Below are positions 15,501 to 29,090 of a stretch of 64,000 bases of DNA, one piece after another. Made by a program: the position numbers and the translations under genes. The stretch is from Ruditapes philippinarum (taxonomy: Eukaryota). Location: NCBI RefSeq assembly GCF_026571515.1, contig NW_026857826.1:62001-126000 (forward strand). Direction: 5' to 3'. Under the pieces are notes generated by a model. The model made no database searches. It saw nothing but the letters and a program-made list of their open reading frames with translations, and was not told the origin of the DNA. How positions within the stretch are numbered: the stretch's first letter is position 1; the number at the start of each line of letters is the position of its first letter.

Positions 15501-18403
15501 TTTCCCAAAACTTAAAATGTATATCAATTATGTGTACATTTAACATTGGCAAATGAAAAGTCAAAACCATTAAATTACTATATTTACTCAAATTACGTCA
15601 TAAATGATTCTTCACAGCATGGTTGTCTGTATAAGTAATCTATAATGCAGTTTAAAAGTAATATTTGAAGCTATGTCAATGAAATTAAAACGCAGTTATT
15701 TTTAAACACGTCATGTGACAAGAACCAGCCTCGGAAGTGACAATTAGAAATATGGCGGATATTTAAAGTTTAAAACAAGTCTAATTTGTTCACTTGACGG
15801 TTACTTCTCTACGGACCCATAGTTCACTGCGATATTTAGCACCAATAATACATTTTCGTACCTGACCCACGTGGGTCAAGTAGGAAAACAACCGGATTTT
15901 CTTTATATTTTAGGGGAAGAATGTATATCAGACTTTTTAGTGTATTCATTTCAAAGACATAAAAAAAAATATCGGATGAAAGATTAAGAAAGAAGAAATA
16001 CAATTTTCAATATATATCCATGGCTAAATTCCTCAAAGTCAAAAAGGTAATTTTAGTTTAAAATTAATGTTCATGTGAATAAAGGAATGTACGAACAGAA
16101 TGTATTCATTTTATATTTTAATCATTTTTTTTTCAATTTTCATAATTTATAATAGTAATTGATCTAGAGAACATTCTTATATTTACTAATTTATACATTA
16201 TAATATATGCATTGCCTTGTTATATATAGGCGCAATAATATAAACACGATTTAGAGCGCAGTGTCCCAGATGAACTAAGGTTTTTACGTATATGTCTTCT
16301 TACGTGACGTCTAATGGATGCAGCAACTGTACTTATTATATATTTTATAGTGCGTGTTTTATATATGACTTAAAAGGTACGAATAGGTGAAAACAGATAT
16401 TAAGAAATATAATAGTTATTAAGTTTTAAAGGATAACAATTACTTATTGTGACGAGACACTTTAGCAAAAGGTTAACTGCAAATAAATAGATTCTTAAAA
16501 GCTATGCGTGCAGCAGACGAACGAATTTATACAAATATCTTTAGAATTGCTTCGCAAAAATATCTTGTAGATTATGAAGACTGTGAAAGAATTTCTGGGC
16601 AACCAAGTGAACTTTTAAGCACTTTATTGCCAATTTAATTAAGGGTCGCATCATTGATATTGATGCCACTCTTGTTAAATATAAAGCATAGAAATAACTA
16701 CACATAACTGAAATATATAAATAATATATACAGTTTAAAAGAGTTCAACAAATTTAATGACATTTTCTCGCATAAAAGCTTGGTGGAAGCCCCATTATTC
16801 AGTGACCAAGTTAATATACACAAGTTTTGTTTTGTTGAGATAATGAGATTGATGAGATAATTACGAATTAGTTCTTTGTAAATATGTGTCCTGGTAACCT
16901 ACCATATCACCCATTTTATAATATGTTCAATGGTTTTTTGATGAGGGGGGGATGATTGTCGGGTCACAAGTTGTATTTTTTTATGTTAACTTTGAATAAT
17001 TTCATTGTACAACTTATTCAAAATATATTATAACAATATGTTTCTTAAAAAGATGTTTCAAGAATAAAATTTCATACTGAACAAGGGTATTTCGTTTATA
17101 ATTTTAATGTGGTAACTAGTTGTTGTTACAACGTCATGTATGCTACGGGGTTTCCATGGTTTTTTGATTGATTATCGTAATAAGGCTGTTTTGCAGCCTT
17201 TTGCATTTGTTTTAGCAAAACTTTCAGAACTGTAAACAAAATATGTCCTCCCATTAAACAAATTATTTCAAAGACAACATTATTGTGTTATTTAATTACT
17301 ATTTAGGAAAATAAATGACGTATTCATTTAAATTGACATAGTAATATAGCTAAATCATATGCATCTACCCCTTGTAAAAATGATTATATGACATATATGC
17401 ATACTAAAATTCAACTCGTATATTTATACAAACATGGTAATATGTAATATGGTATCCTTCACATGTTTGTGGCGTCTATCTTTTACCAAATAGTTTTGTT
17501 TTCACAAATTGCTCTAATGAACTGAATCATTTTTATTTGATATGCTTATTTTCATTTTCTTTAAATGAACTGTACGAGTATGTATTACATTTGATCCACA
17601 AATTGATAAAATGTGTGTTTAATGGTCATGTCTGTAGACCAGAAATTCTCAAAGGGATGTGTTCTCCCCAAAGAAAACAAATATCTTTAAAGCTGTAAAC
17701 ATTTTACGTGAATATTTTTCAAAGTTATGCCAAAATTAATGCACTCATTTCATTGACAAATGAACTGTTCACTAAGTCTTAGTTTAAATCTTTTTAATTG
17801 TTTCATTTTTAAACAAGTTAATAACATTTTTCAGTAAATGTTAATTTAAAAACTAGGAAAAAGCCATTTACATTTAATCTGACTAATTTAAAAATGTTTA
17901 TGTAGACTTGATCCTCGACTTCTATTCAATTTGATTTTTGCGATTAGGCTTTTTTGAGCCAACCAATCAAATCATTTATTACTCAAGCATTTTTCAAAAC
18001 ATCAACAGTCAGAAAAGTAATTAAATATTGCCTTGTTAAGCACATGTTTTTCGGATATTTTTTAGAGGAATATAAGATTTTATCATTTTTGGAAAATAAG
18101 CTTTTATTCAATGTTATTTATCTAAAAAATTCTTTGGCTTCCCAGTGGTTGTTTACCCGCAATGTCGTAATGTCTTGATATCGTGAAAATCTCATATAGT
18201 ATACGTTTCAGATTACCCAACGGATAAAAAAAAATAAACTGATCAATCTTTAAATACGTGAAAGTAATTTATTCACTTTGGACAAAAATGTTATTTTTTT
18301 CTCTTTTCATATTATTAGTGCCCATTAAACGTAAATTTAAACATCTAATGGCCCTTCATTGATATAAAAAAAATGATAGCTCAAACGAAACGAAATGTGT
18401 CTC
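9517..18403 (+). repeat. Head-to-tail tandem duplication, unit 1 (~8.9 kb)
   Basis: Begins ttaattgttattgataattgctcaaaatc and ends aacgaaacgaaatgtgtctc; the same start follows directly at 18404. Over 90% identity to unit 2. Confidence 0.95.
11250..17061. repeat. Ancient large inverted repeat: arms ~11250-13190 and ~15115-17061, spacer ~1.9 kb
   Basis: Reverse-complement matches in nested order: 11252-11270/17043-17061, 11681-11775/16571-16659, 12563-12575/16210-16222, 12716-12740/16021-16047, 12835-13185/15125-15480. Confidence 0.8.
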
Positions 18404-21400
18404 TTAATTGTTATCGATAATTGCTCAAAATCTAAATGATGATTTTAATCACAGATTGTTTGATTTTTAATTCATTTTTCTATTTGAACAATGACTCGGA
18501 ATTAGAAAATCGATTGAAATATCTTGTAGACATCATTTGCATAGATAATTAATCAGGAAAGGCTCTTATTCAAGTAATACCCGAGTGATAAAGATTGTTA
18601 ACATTGCATGATTGTTCGTCACGAATAAAACGAAAATCTACGAAATCGTTTTTGAATACTTGAAAATGTTTAAGTATATACATTTAGTAATGAGAAAGCA
18701 ATGTCAAGGTATAACTATGTGTTTTAGCAGATTGTAGAGGTTTTTACGACTGTTCTCCTATTATCTTCGGCAGACTGAAAAAAAGTAAATGACTCCGCAT
18801 TCTTTAAACTGTTTTAAAGTAAGATTGTCCTACTCCTAGTGAATGCATCTCCGTAGTTATTAGAAACAATATTGATTGAACAATATAAGAAACAATACAG
18901 TAGTATATATAGTAATATCCTGTTTGTCGCATATATATTATTTGTTTTCATTTTTTTCGACGGAGAGAGTTAAAAAGTCCAAACACTAACCAGATATAAT
19001 TTGCGAGTGTTTACTTGGTTTTACTGATGTATGTAAAAAAAATAGTACGGCAAAAACAACAACAACAAAAAAACAAAAAACAAACAAACATAAAAAACCA
19101 AAAAAAAAACACTTACGTCTCCGTGAGAAATAAAAAAATTCTTATTAAATGAACCTTGATTTGTCCATCGTTTCGAATTCGAAACAACTTCTTTTAAAAT
19201 CTTTAAGCAAACGATTGTTATTGAATTTATTTTGCCCATGTATTATTTCAACAGACATATTCGCTTAATATAAGTCACTCGAGAGTTGTTTTACATTTGA
19301 TAAATACGACACATTTCACCGTTTCATTAACACTTGAATGAATTGAAACGTCTGTTTTAATTTCAAAGTGAAATGTCTTTGCGCTTGGTATCAATTAACT
19401 TGATTGAATTTAGCGTTTGATTATTTAAAGCTGATAATATAACTTCTACATCATATTCTATATATGGTGATTTAATAGGTGAATATTTTCAATTCCTATG
19501 ACTTGCTAATATTTTAATTAGCGTTATTCAGTAAAGCAAAAATTAAGAGGTATTGTAATAAGAAGAAGTTAATGCAAAATAAAAAAAATCACAATTGACA
19601 AATGCAGTTAATAAGTAGTAATTTCTTACTTTTTAATACAACATTGCTTTCATTGTGTAACTGTCATAAAAGTATCTTTTAATCAATTAAATGAAAAAAA
19701 TCTGATTAATCAATGATATTCGTCTGTTTGAAAAAATGAAATTTAATCGAAATTTGTGACATCCTTCCAAAATCTTAGAATTAAAAAGGGGAAAAAGCAT
19801 GATGCCTCAATTCAAAATGAAGGATTGTTAACCCTAGTGTAAGGAATAGAACAGTAAATCTGTGATAATACAAGCTTATTTCGTTGTTTTAATAGCGTTA
19901 TCGGTTGTTGTTTCATTTTTAATTTTACACAAATGATACATAAAGCCAAATTCTAATTTCATTAAAGTTTGTAAAGTTCAAGCCACTTTTTAACGCTTTA
20001 AAGTGAAAATGCTTTAACATATCACTTTTAATGAGGGGAAAAGCACAACGTAAATTTTGCTGTTAATAAGATAATATTATGCAGAAACTAGTCGATTTTA
20101 TAGGTTTTTATAGGTATACTTTGTTTCCAGAATTTTGACATTCATGTAATTGGCTTGTCATCTACAACAAATGGTAAATATATATTACGCTAAAATGGAT
20201 AAGTTGAAACATTTTGTTAAGAGCGCGACTCTAAGCAAACAGTATAGCTTTGGCTATCCCTTACTAGAGAAAACATTATAAAAAGTATTTGATTGGTGTA
20301 ATGATTTATACATTATAACCTTAAAACAATTTTGATTTCATTGTTCATCAACAATAGGCTTAATGGTGTGGGATCTGTAAAATTTGATGTTTTATCGTTG
20401 GTCCTTTGCTAATTAAAAGTTTATATATCGTTTAATAGGGATATCATTAATTAATGTCCAAAGCATTGTGATAAACCATTACAAGCAACACTGTCTACAT
20501 ATAAGGAAGATATGGTGCCGGTGTCACATTACGACATTTACGGAAGCGGACCCGTCCTGTCACAGTATAAAACGAGTAATAGAATGTTCGTGTCGTACAG
20601 CTTCCCCTTTAATTTTAGCAACTGCGGAGATCTATACTATACAGACATTCGTCTAGGTAGCATTTTATTCGTCTCTTCTAAAGGTATGCAGTACACAGCT
20701 GATCATTCCTTTGCATGCATAAAACCTCGATTGTTGCTACCCTGTTATGATTACCTGTATATCTGTTTGTGCACATCATACATAAAATTGCACCATGAAA
20801 TATATAATAACTTATTGTATGTATAAGAAAAAGTTTATTATGGACATTCTGCGGTCAATGTTTTTCTTTATTTACGAGTAAACAAGGCAATGTTCTTAAT
20901 AATCATGTAATAAGTTATTAAAGGTAAATATATACTCTTCACCAACAATTATGAAACATTTATTATAAGTAATTGAAATATCTAATACCTTGTCTTTGTA
21001 CGTTCATTCACATTTCACTTCGTTTAAAACTTTGAAATAACACCTTTTGACTTGGGGAATATAGCCAAAGAACAGTATTAATGCTGATGTAAGATATAAA
21101 CATATTTGATATACAGTGCAATAATCCAAGTTTGTGAAAAGGAAATCATTGGCATTTTATTAATTAATATGATTGTAAAACCTTTGCAAACTTAAATATC
21201 TGCAAACTTAAACCACAAAGCAGTACTGAAGAAATGCCTTTTTTCCCTGACGACTTAGATAGCGTTGTCGCAGTCTTGGTTATTATTTTTTAGATAAAAA
21301 AACCCAACAAATTAATAGTAACAGCTGAAATTCCAAAGATTCGCTGTACAAATATTTGATTGTTTGTACACACAAACTGAGAGGGAGTGGGATAATTGAT

Positions 21401-24400
21401 AAGCATTACTTGACAATGAACTAAGACAGTCAATTCGTTTAGTAAAATTAGAAATTACTTCAGGCTAAAGATAAAGAAATTATTTTTATTCATACTACAA
21501 TTTGTAACAATATTAACAGATATCCGTTTTATTTTAAGGATCGGTTTACGTTTATTTTTGTTGTCAACAATTGATTAGAAAAAATGTTTCATGATACAAG
21601 ATATAAACGATTTAAATAATTAAAAGACTGCCCCACTTTTTTATGAATTACACATTTCCGATAGGTTTTTAATGTTATTTATAGACATTTCAATTGATCA
21701 TCTATATTACTGTTTATTTTTCATAATGGTAAAATCTAAAATTTAACACGTCAAGTTATTTTTACCTGTTCACCGATCAATTTATAATGGATTTGCATAA
21801 TGTCACATTAAATGAAGGTGATATTCTTACTGCTCTGTCTTCCCTTAATATATTGAGTACTTTTGTTATGGTCATTTGGTTTACCGTTCATATGTATCTA
21901 CATGAGCATTTCTGTGATTTGTTTATATCACCTTTTGTAACAATAACAACTGTCAGAATTTCGCTCGGCGGGGATTCATTTTATTTACACTTTCTTGTTT
22001 GAAAGAAACATACTGGGGTTAAGAGTAAGGTTAAGTGCACCATTAATAGGTTTAAACTCCCCAGAAGTGCTTATGTTGCTGATCGTCCATCTATGTTACT
22101 TAGATATATGTGAAGACTCCATCAAACCGAGTCTGCAATTTCCATGCCATGTTTCTGATGTTAATGCTTTCGAGGGATCACGTTTCCATATATTGGTTAA
22201 TTGTTACATACAATTGTGGTGACACTTGTTTCGTATTCGATAAGTATCACTCCTTTCTCTTATATTTTATTTTTTCAATTTTGCCCTCCACCTGCCTCCT
22301 CTTCCCCCTTGTCCTTTGTCTTTTAATTGATTTTCATTAATTGATTTTAATTAAATTAATCATCTTTGGTAACATTTTAAGTTTCTATGATTACTTGTTT
22401 TGTTATGACATTCCATCTTATTTTTTTGTTTTTTTTTTGTCCCTGTGTCCTGTTTTGTTAAGTGTCATGCTGGTCCTGTGTTAAGAGATGCGTACATTTA
22501 ATTCCATATTTCCTTGTTGGTCTTGTTTTCATATTCTACTTAATAATAAATCATCAAACAATGCACAGAAGAACCCCTTATCTCTTACACGTTGATATTG
22601 AGGTGTTTAATGTGTTAAATTGAATGATATGAATTATGAATGACAAGTTGTTTTCTATTTCCTATAAACATTTAAAAAAAATTTATTTCTAAAAACATTT
22701 TACTTCCTGTAAAAAAGATAGAAATTCAACATATGCAATTGCACTGAGTCATGTAAAATTTAAATGTTCAACACAGTCATGCAACTGTGAAATACCAGTA
22801 AGCAGGTTTGCAGATATTGGCTAAGTGTAGTATTCCAATATGTTTAATGAATCTCTCTGTTCCTCAGAAGAATTAAAACATTCAGTCAGTTGTCATTTGA
22901 CTGAATATGGCTAAATTTCTCAAAAACAAAAATGGTTATTTTAGTTTAAAATTAATGTTTATGTGAATAAAGGAATGTACGAACGGAATGTATTCATTTT
23001 ATATTTTAATCATTTTTTTCAATTTTCATAATTTATAAAAGTAATTGATCTAGAGAACATTCTTATATATACAAACTTATGCATTATAATATATGCATTG
23101 CCTTGTAAATATATAGGCGCAATAATATAAACACGATTTAGACCACAGACTGTCCCAGATGAACTAAGGTTTTTACGTATATGTCATCTTACGTGACGTC
23201 TAATGGATGCAGCAACTGTACGTATTATATATTTTATGGTGCGTGTTTTATGTATGACTTAAAAGGTACGAATAGGTGAAAACAAATATTTAAGAAATAT
23301 AATAGTTATTAAGATTTAAAGGATAGCAATTACTTATTGTGACGAGACAATTTAGCAAAAGGTTAACTGCAAATAAAAAGATTCTTAAAAGCTATGCGTG
23401 CAGCAGACGAACGAATTTATACAAATATCTTATAGAATTGCTTCGCAAAAATATCTTTTAAATTATGAAGACTGTGAAAGAATTTCTGGGCAACCAAGTG
23501 AACTTTTAAGCACTTTATTGCCAATTTAATTAAGGGTCGCATCATTGATATTGATGCCACTCTTGTTAAATATAAAGCATAGAAATAACTACGCATAGCT
23601 GAAATATATAAGTAAATACATATAGTTTAAAAGAGTTCAACAAAATTAATGACATTTTATCGCATTATTCAGTGACCAAGTTAATATACACAAGTTTTGT
23701 TTTGTTGAGATAATGAGATTGATGAGATAATTACGAATTAGTCCTTTCTAAATCTGTGTCCTGGTAACCTACCATATCATCCATTTTATAATATTTTCAA
23801 TGTTTTTTTTTGACGAGGGGAGGGGGGGGTGTCGGGTCACAAGTTGTATTTTTTATGTTAACTTTGATCAATTTTATTGTACAACTTATTCAAAATATAT
23901 TATAACCATGTGTTACTTAAAAAGATGTTCCAAGAACAAAATTTCATACTGAACAAGGGTATTTGGTTTATACTTTTAATGTGGTAACTAGTTGCCATAT
24001 ATGCATACTAAAATTCAACTCGTATATTTATACAAACATGGTAATATGTAATATGGTATCCTTCACATGTTTGTGGCGTCTATCTTTTACCAAATAGTTT
24101 TGTTCTAATGAACTGAATCATTTTTATTTGATATGTTTCTTTTCATTTTCTTTAAATGAACTGTATGTATTACATTTGATCCACAAACTGATAAAATGTT
24201 TGTTTAATGCTCATGTACACCAGAAATTCTCAAAGGGTTGTTTTTTCCCTAAAGAAAACAAATATCTTTAAAGCTGTAAACATATAACGTGAATATTAAT
24301 CAAAGTAATGCCAAAATTAATGCACTTATTTCATTGACAAATGAACTGTTCACTTACTCTTAGTTTAAATCTTTTAACTTGTTTCATTTTTAAACAAGTT

Positions 24401-25058
24401 AATAACACTTTTTAATAAATGTTTATTTAAAAACTTGGAAAAAGCCATTTTCATTTAATCTGACTAATTAAAAAAACGTTTATGTAGACTTGATCGCCAC
24501 TTGTTCATTCTCGACTTTTATTCAATTTGATTTTTCCGATTAGGCTTTTTTGAGCCAACCAATCAAATCATTTATGACTGAAGCATTTTTTCACAACATC
24601 AAAAGTCAGAAAAATAATTAAATATTGCCTAGTTAAGCACATTTTTTCGGATATTGTTTAGAGGAATATAAGATTTTATCATTTTTGGAATAAAAGATTT
24701 TATTCAATGTTATTTATCTAAAAGATTCGTGGGCTTCCCAGTGGTTGTTAACGCGCGATGTCGTAATGTCTTGATATCGTGAAAATCACATATAGTATTA
24801 CCCAACAGTTAAAAAAAATACACTGATCAGCCTTTAAATACGTGAAAGTAAAGTATTCACTTTGGACAAAAATGTTATTTTTTCTCTTTTCATATTATTA
24901 CTGCCCATTAAACGTAAATTTAGACATCTAATGGCCCTTCATTGTCTGCCTTGTTGAATTGAAAACTCCTCAAAAGTTAACAAAGTAGAAAAAATAGAAA
25001 AGTGAAAAAATAAATGATAGATTTATATTCTCTCTCCAACGAAACGAAATGTGTCTCT
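18404..25058 (+). repeat. Head-to-tail tandem duplication, unit 2 (~6.65 kb)
   Basis: Collinear with unit 1 but lacks about 11421-12045, 14240-14428, 14665-15010, 15092-16017 and 17123-17392. Ends aacgaaacgaaatgtgtctct at 25058. Confidence 0.95.
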
Positions 25059-26424
25059 AAGGCAAAAGCAAAAACCGTGATTTCCGTGCAATAATTGAAA
25101 TAGACCCAGTAGAAACATTACACTCTTCGTAACGAGAATCGCCATCATACAAGACCTCAAAACAATCATCGACGACTGTAATATTACTATATTTGTAAAG
25201 ATTCCCGGGGTGTTTTGATATCATATTTTACCCACGCATGAAAATATTTTTCGATGCGGAAACAATCGTTTTACATTTGTATTAAAAAACGGTGTTGTTT
25301 AATATTGCATTATTTATTGTTATTTTTAAGATCACAATTATATTCATATTAAAGAGCATCTTCCTGAAATAATTAAATTATATTCAGTTAGCATGCACAT
25401 GAAATGTAATAAAACAAATAAATAACGAGAGACCTGATTATAACATACAATTCCAGGTTTTCCGCAAAAAGTAATTTAAATCCCTTGACAAAAGTTATGT
25501 GCAACGAAACGTTATTTTTACTTCTTGCAGCAACAAGCATTTTAATTTTGCAAAAACCACTCATTCAGAAAACCCTGCACCAGGACACATTATGACAACT
25601 ATTGTTCTGAAAACATTTGGGATAGGACACTCATAAAGCTTTCATAGCTTTCTTCCCTATCACAAAATGTATTGTGTAAATATTGCCATAATGTAAATAT
25701 ATATAGAAAAAATATGTTTAAACAGAAATACATAAAATTAAATAAAATAACATATGTGAAAGAAATTGCCATAAATCCGCCAAGAATGATCAAATAAAAA
25801 ACTTTGAAAATATGCACAAAGGCTCACAGGTGATGAGTAGTTGCTCAATTACAGATTTGGAAAGAAAACAAATCCAAAGTAAATGAAAGTTTTTGAATGC
25901 ATGTCTGTAAACCGTTTATGCTTATAACACATATATTTTACGGGCATTAGACGCAATAGACTATATTATATTGCAAGCCAAAACCAGTTCAATTTAGCGT
26001 CATTGAAGTTATAAATGAAAGAATACTTAAGCGTTTAAAATTGTTAGGATAATGAGTTTGGCACTTTAATGCTTACGTCAAATACAAAGCTTGAGAAAGT
26101 GTTGTTTTTTTCTTGCCTCAAATATCTGTTTTACGTGACGTTTTTTACGTGGACAGAAGTTGCACCTTACTTGATTGCTTGCAAAAAGATAAAGTCACAT
26201 TGTCAAGCATTTCTTTTACAATATCCACGATCTAAATGTATATATTAGGCAGCATTGTTATTGATTAAATTTAATACTATACACGTGGGATTGACATATT
26301 TATAGACAAAACTCACAGCCTAAAAATGTAACTTAAAACGTGCCATTTATTTATTTAGACTAATATCGTTACTTAGGAAGTCAACTAAATTGTATCAAAT
26401 AAATTTTATACAGTATAACTCGTA

Positions 26425-27961
26425 TATGTTAAATCATGGCCAGTACTAAAATATACAAAGAAAGTAGACAATGTCTTGATTTCACTGGATACTACAGCAG
26501 GTTTATACGAGGATATGTTTAATTAGTTTAACCATTTACTGATCAGCTAATTGGATATAAAATAAACAAGAAACAAAAATTCTCAAACAAAAGAGTACCT
26601 TTTATATGGGAAGAAGAACAACAGAAAGAATTTGACACTATCATTTAAAAATGAACGAATCCCTCTGTTCCAGCCTATTCAAATTTTTTCATCTACCGTT
26701 TGTGGTCCATACAGATGCCGCATCAACAGATCTTGGTTCGTTCTTGGATGAATAGATAGAGTCGTAGCCTACGTCAGTAGAAGTTTAAAACCACTTGAAA
26801 AGCATTATCCGGCATATAAACTTGATTTTTTGGCACTTAAGTGGGCTGTTACTGAACAATACAATGATAAGCATACTTCTATGGAAAAATATCGTATTAC
26901 ATACTTACATACGTTTAAACGACAGCAAAGCTAGACGCAACAGGACATCGTTGGTCAGCCGCTTTAACAGTATATCTTTACATCATCACATAAAGAAGTG
27001 GAAAAAAGAATGCAGACAATACCAAAACAAACTAAAGAATACAATAAAGATGCTATAAATGCACTAACCGTTACTTCCTTCTTCCGCGCACAAGAAACAC
27101 CACTTGCTTTTAGTGATCTTATTCCTGAAAACTTACCTGAGGTTAAATAATGTTCTAAAGAACTTACTCCGGAATATTTAGTTGAATCAGAATCATTTTG
27201 TTCCAGACTTGACAAAGGCACAACATAATGGCAACATTATATCTCAAGTATTTAAACATCACGAAGAATAAACTAGGCATTTCGCTAAGCGAACCTCGTC
27301 CATAGATTCGGGTGTATAAAAATACAAAAAAAATTGGGATAATTTGGTTCGTATAAACAATGGCGTCTGCCGTAGAGGTATATTGAATAGTTATAAATAC
27401 CTTCAGCAAACCTTCGTGATGATATACTCAAAACAATACATGATGACGTAGGCCACCCAAGATGAGATCGAACTATATCCTTATTCAAACAACGATTTAA
27501 TTGCCCAGGTATGCGTAAGTGGATTGAAGAAAGCGTTAAACAATGTCCGAGATGTATTGGACGACCTTACCAACTACAGCTTCATTAGTAAACATACATT
27601 CTTCAGCTCGAATGGATTTTTTTTGCGTCGACTTCCTCAGTTAAGACTGATCATTCGCAAGCTGACCAACAAAGAATCAAACAGCTAAAACAACTACAGA
27701 AATTTAATTCGACTAATTCAATGTTTATTTCGGCTTCACTTCAAAAATTCACAGTGACCTGAGAGCAACTTTGAATCTCTACTAATCGAAAACCTATATG
27801 AGTAAGCAGGTATTGTTAAGAGTCATACCACACCATACCATTCGATCAGTAATGGAAAAGTAGAAAGATTTAATTCTACATTACTAAAGATGCTTGGAAC
27901 ATTAGAGTACTGTAAAAAATCGGACTGGAAAACTCATGTCGCTCCACTCGTCCATGCTTAC
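26425..27961 (+). mobile_element. pol: Decayed Ty3/Gypsy pol fragment, copy 2
   Basis: VKSWPV, FTGYYSRFIRGY, PFVVHTDAAS, VVAYVSRSLKPLEKHYPAYKLDFLALKWAVTE, HDDVGHP, VKQCPRC, GKVERFNSTLLKMLGTL and DWKTHVAPLVHAY across several frames with stops. Truncated at the same HAY position as copy 1. Confidence 0.9.
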
Positions 27962-28295
27962 ATATATTGTTTCGTTGTTTACATTTTTGACAGCTGTCAT
28001 CTGTGAAATGATATTAATATTTGTAATGTTTAAATACATTGTTATTGTATTGTTTATTTTCAGATCTATAACTTTGTATATGTGTGTAATTACTTCATTT
28101 GAACATGTGATGTCCACCGTCATTGATTAATAGAAACCCCTTTTTATGACAATAAAATACTTTTCATCTCTCGAACTCACATTTACTACAATCCGCCTAG
28201 TTATACCCGGTGACAAATATACTTATATTGTCCGCTTTCACAAATTCACCAGCAAGTGCTTAAAAACGTATTAAACTACCATATGTCATTATCAT

Positions 28296-29090
28296 TATTA
28301 TCGCCGTTCCTGGACGGCGATATATACAATTGACAAGATTTAACAGTTCTACCTGTACACCACATGCCTTTAGCCAATCAAAGCGAATAATTCAATATAA
28401 CATGATACAAAATGGACGTAAGAAACTTCAATGAAAGATGCTTAAATGGACTCGCGCAACCGCCATGTTTTGCCAGGTTACTTATTCGTACAACTGAAAA
28501 ATACCATAACCATGTACAAACTAAGTGTCAGTGTGTAGGCTTATGCAGGATAAACACCTCAAATTGCAGTATTTTTGGCTAGATGTCATTTCTGATAACA
28601 AAATGTAGTCTCAGTAAGAATATATTTTGTTCCTTTTCAGATTGCACTTAAATAAAAAAATGCTTTCATCCGGGCGAGTTTAATATCATGAGAGTTTTTA
28701 TTGCGTCATGCCTATGTCAGTTATAGTCCATTCCAAAAAATCAAAACAAAAACAAAAAACTTCGCAAAGCAGTCGACGGAGTATACATGTAGATAGAATG
28801 CAGGAATTAAAACATTCGCAGACATGAATTTTAATGTGCAGCAAGTAATTGTTGTTAATTATGCAAGAAGCTAAATTTTTGTGTGAATTGATGCACTCAT
28901 TAAGTAGCGTTTGTAGTCCAACTAATTGTACTACACGCTTAGTCATAGCTTAGCACGTCAAAGTATTTTGACTAGAACGGAATGGTAGAATAAAGCAAGA
29001 ACTTTTGTTGGCTTTATGTGTTGAAATATTATTTCTATATACATGGCTTAACTGCGATTCCAAGCATTTTTGGAAATGCTAATACTTGGT
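28296..29090 (+). mobile_element. HINE/Helentron-like insertion present only in duplication copy B
   Basis: Absent from the homologous site (~1710-1730). 5' hairpin TATCGCCGT-tcctgg-ACGGCGATA; 3' GCGAT subterminal repeat, hairpin AGCATTT-ttgg-AAATGCT and terminal ACTTGGT; sits in an (ATT)n tract. Confidence 0.65.

Noticed and set aside
20461-20826. GC-richer block with 104-aa and Cys-rich 62-aa ORFs (duplicate at ~12130-12500)
   Set aside because: No recognisable domain or convincing splice sites, and the unit-1 copy has frame-breaking indels. A decayed coding remnant remains possible; BLASTx would settle it.
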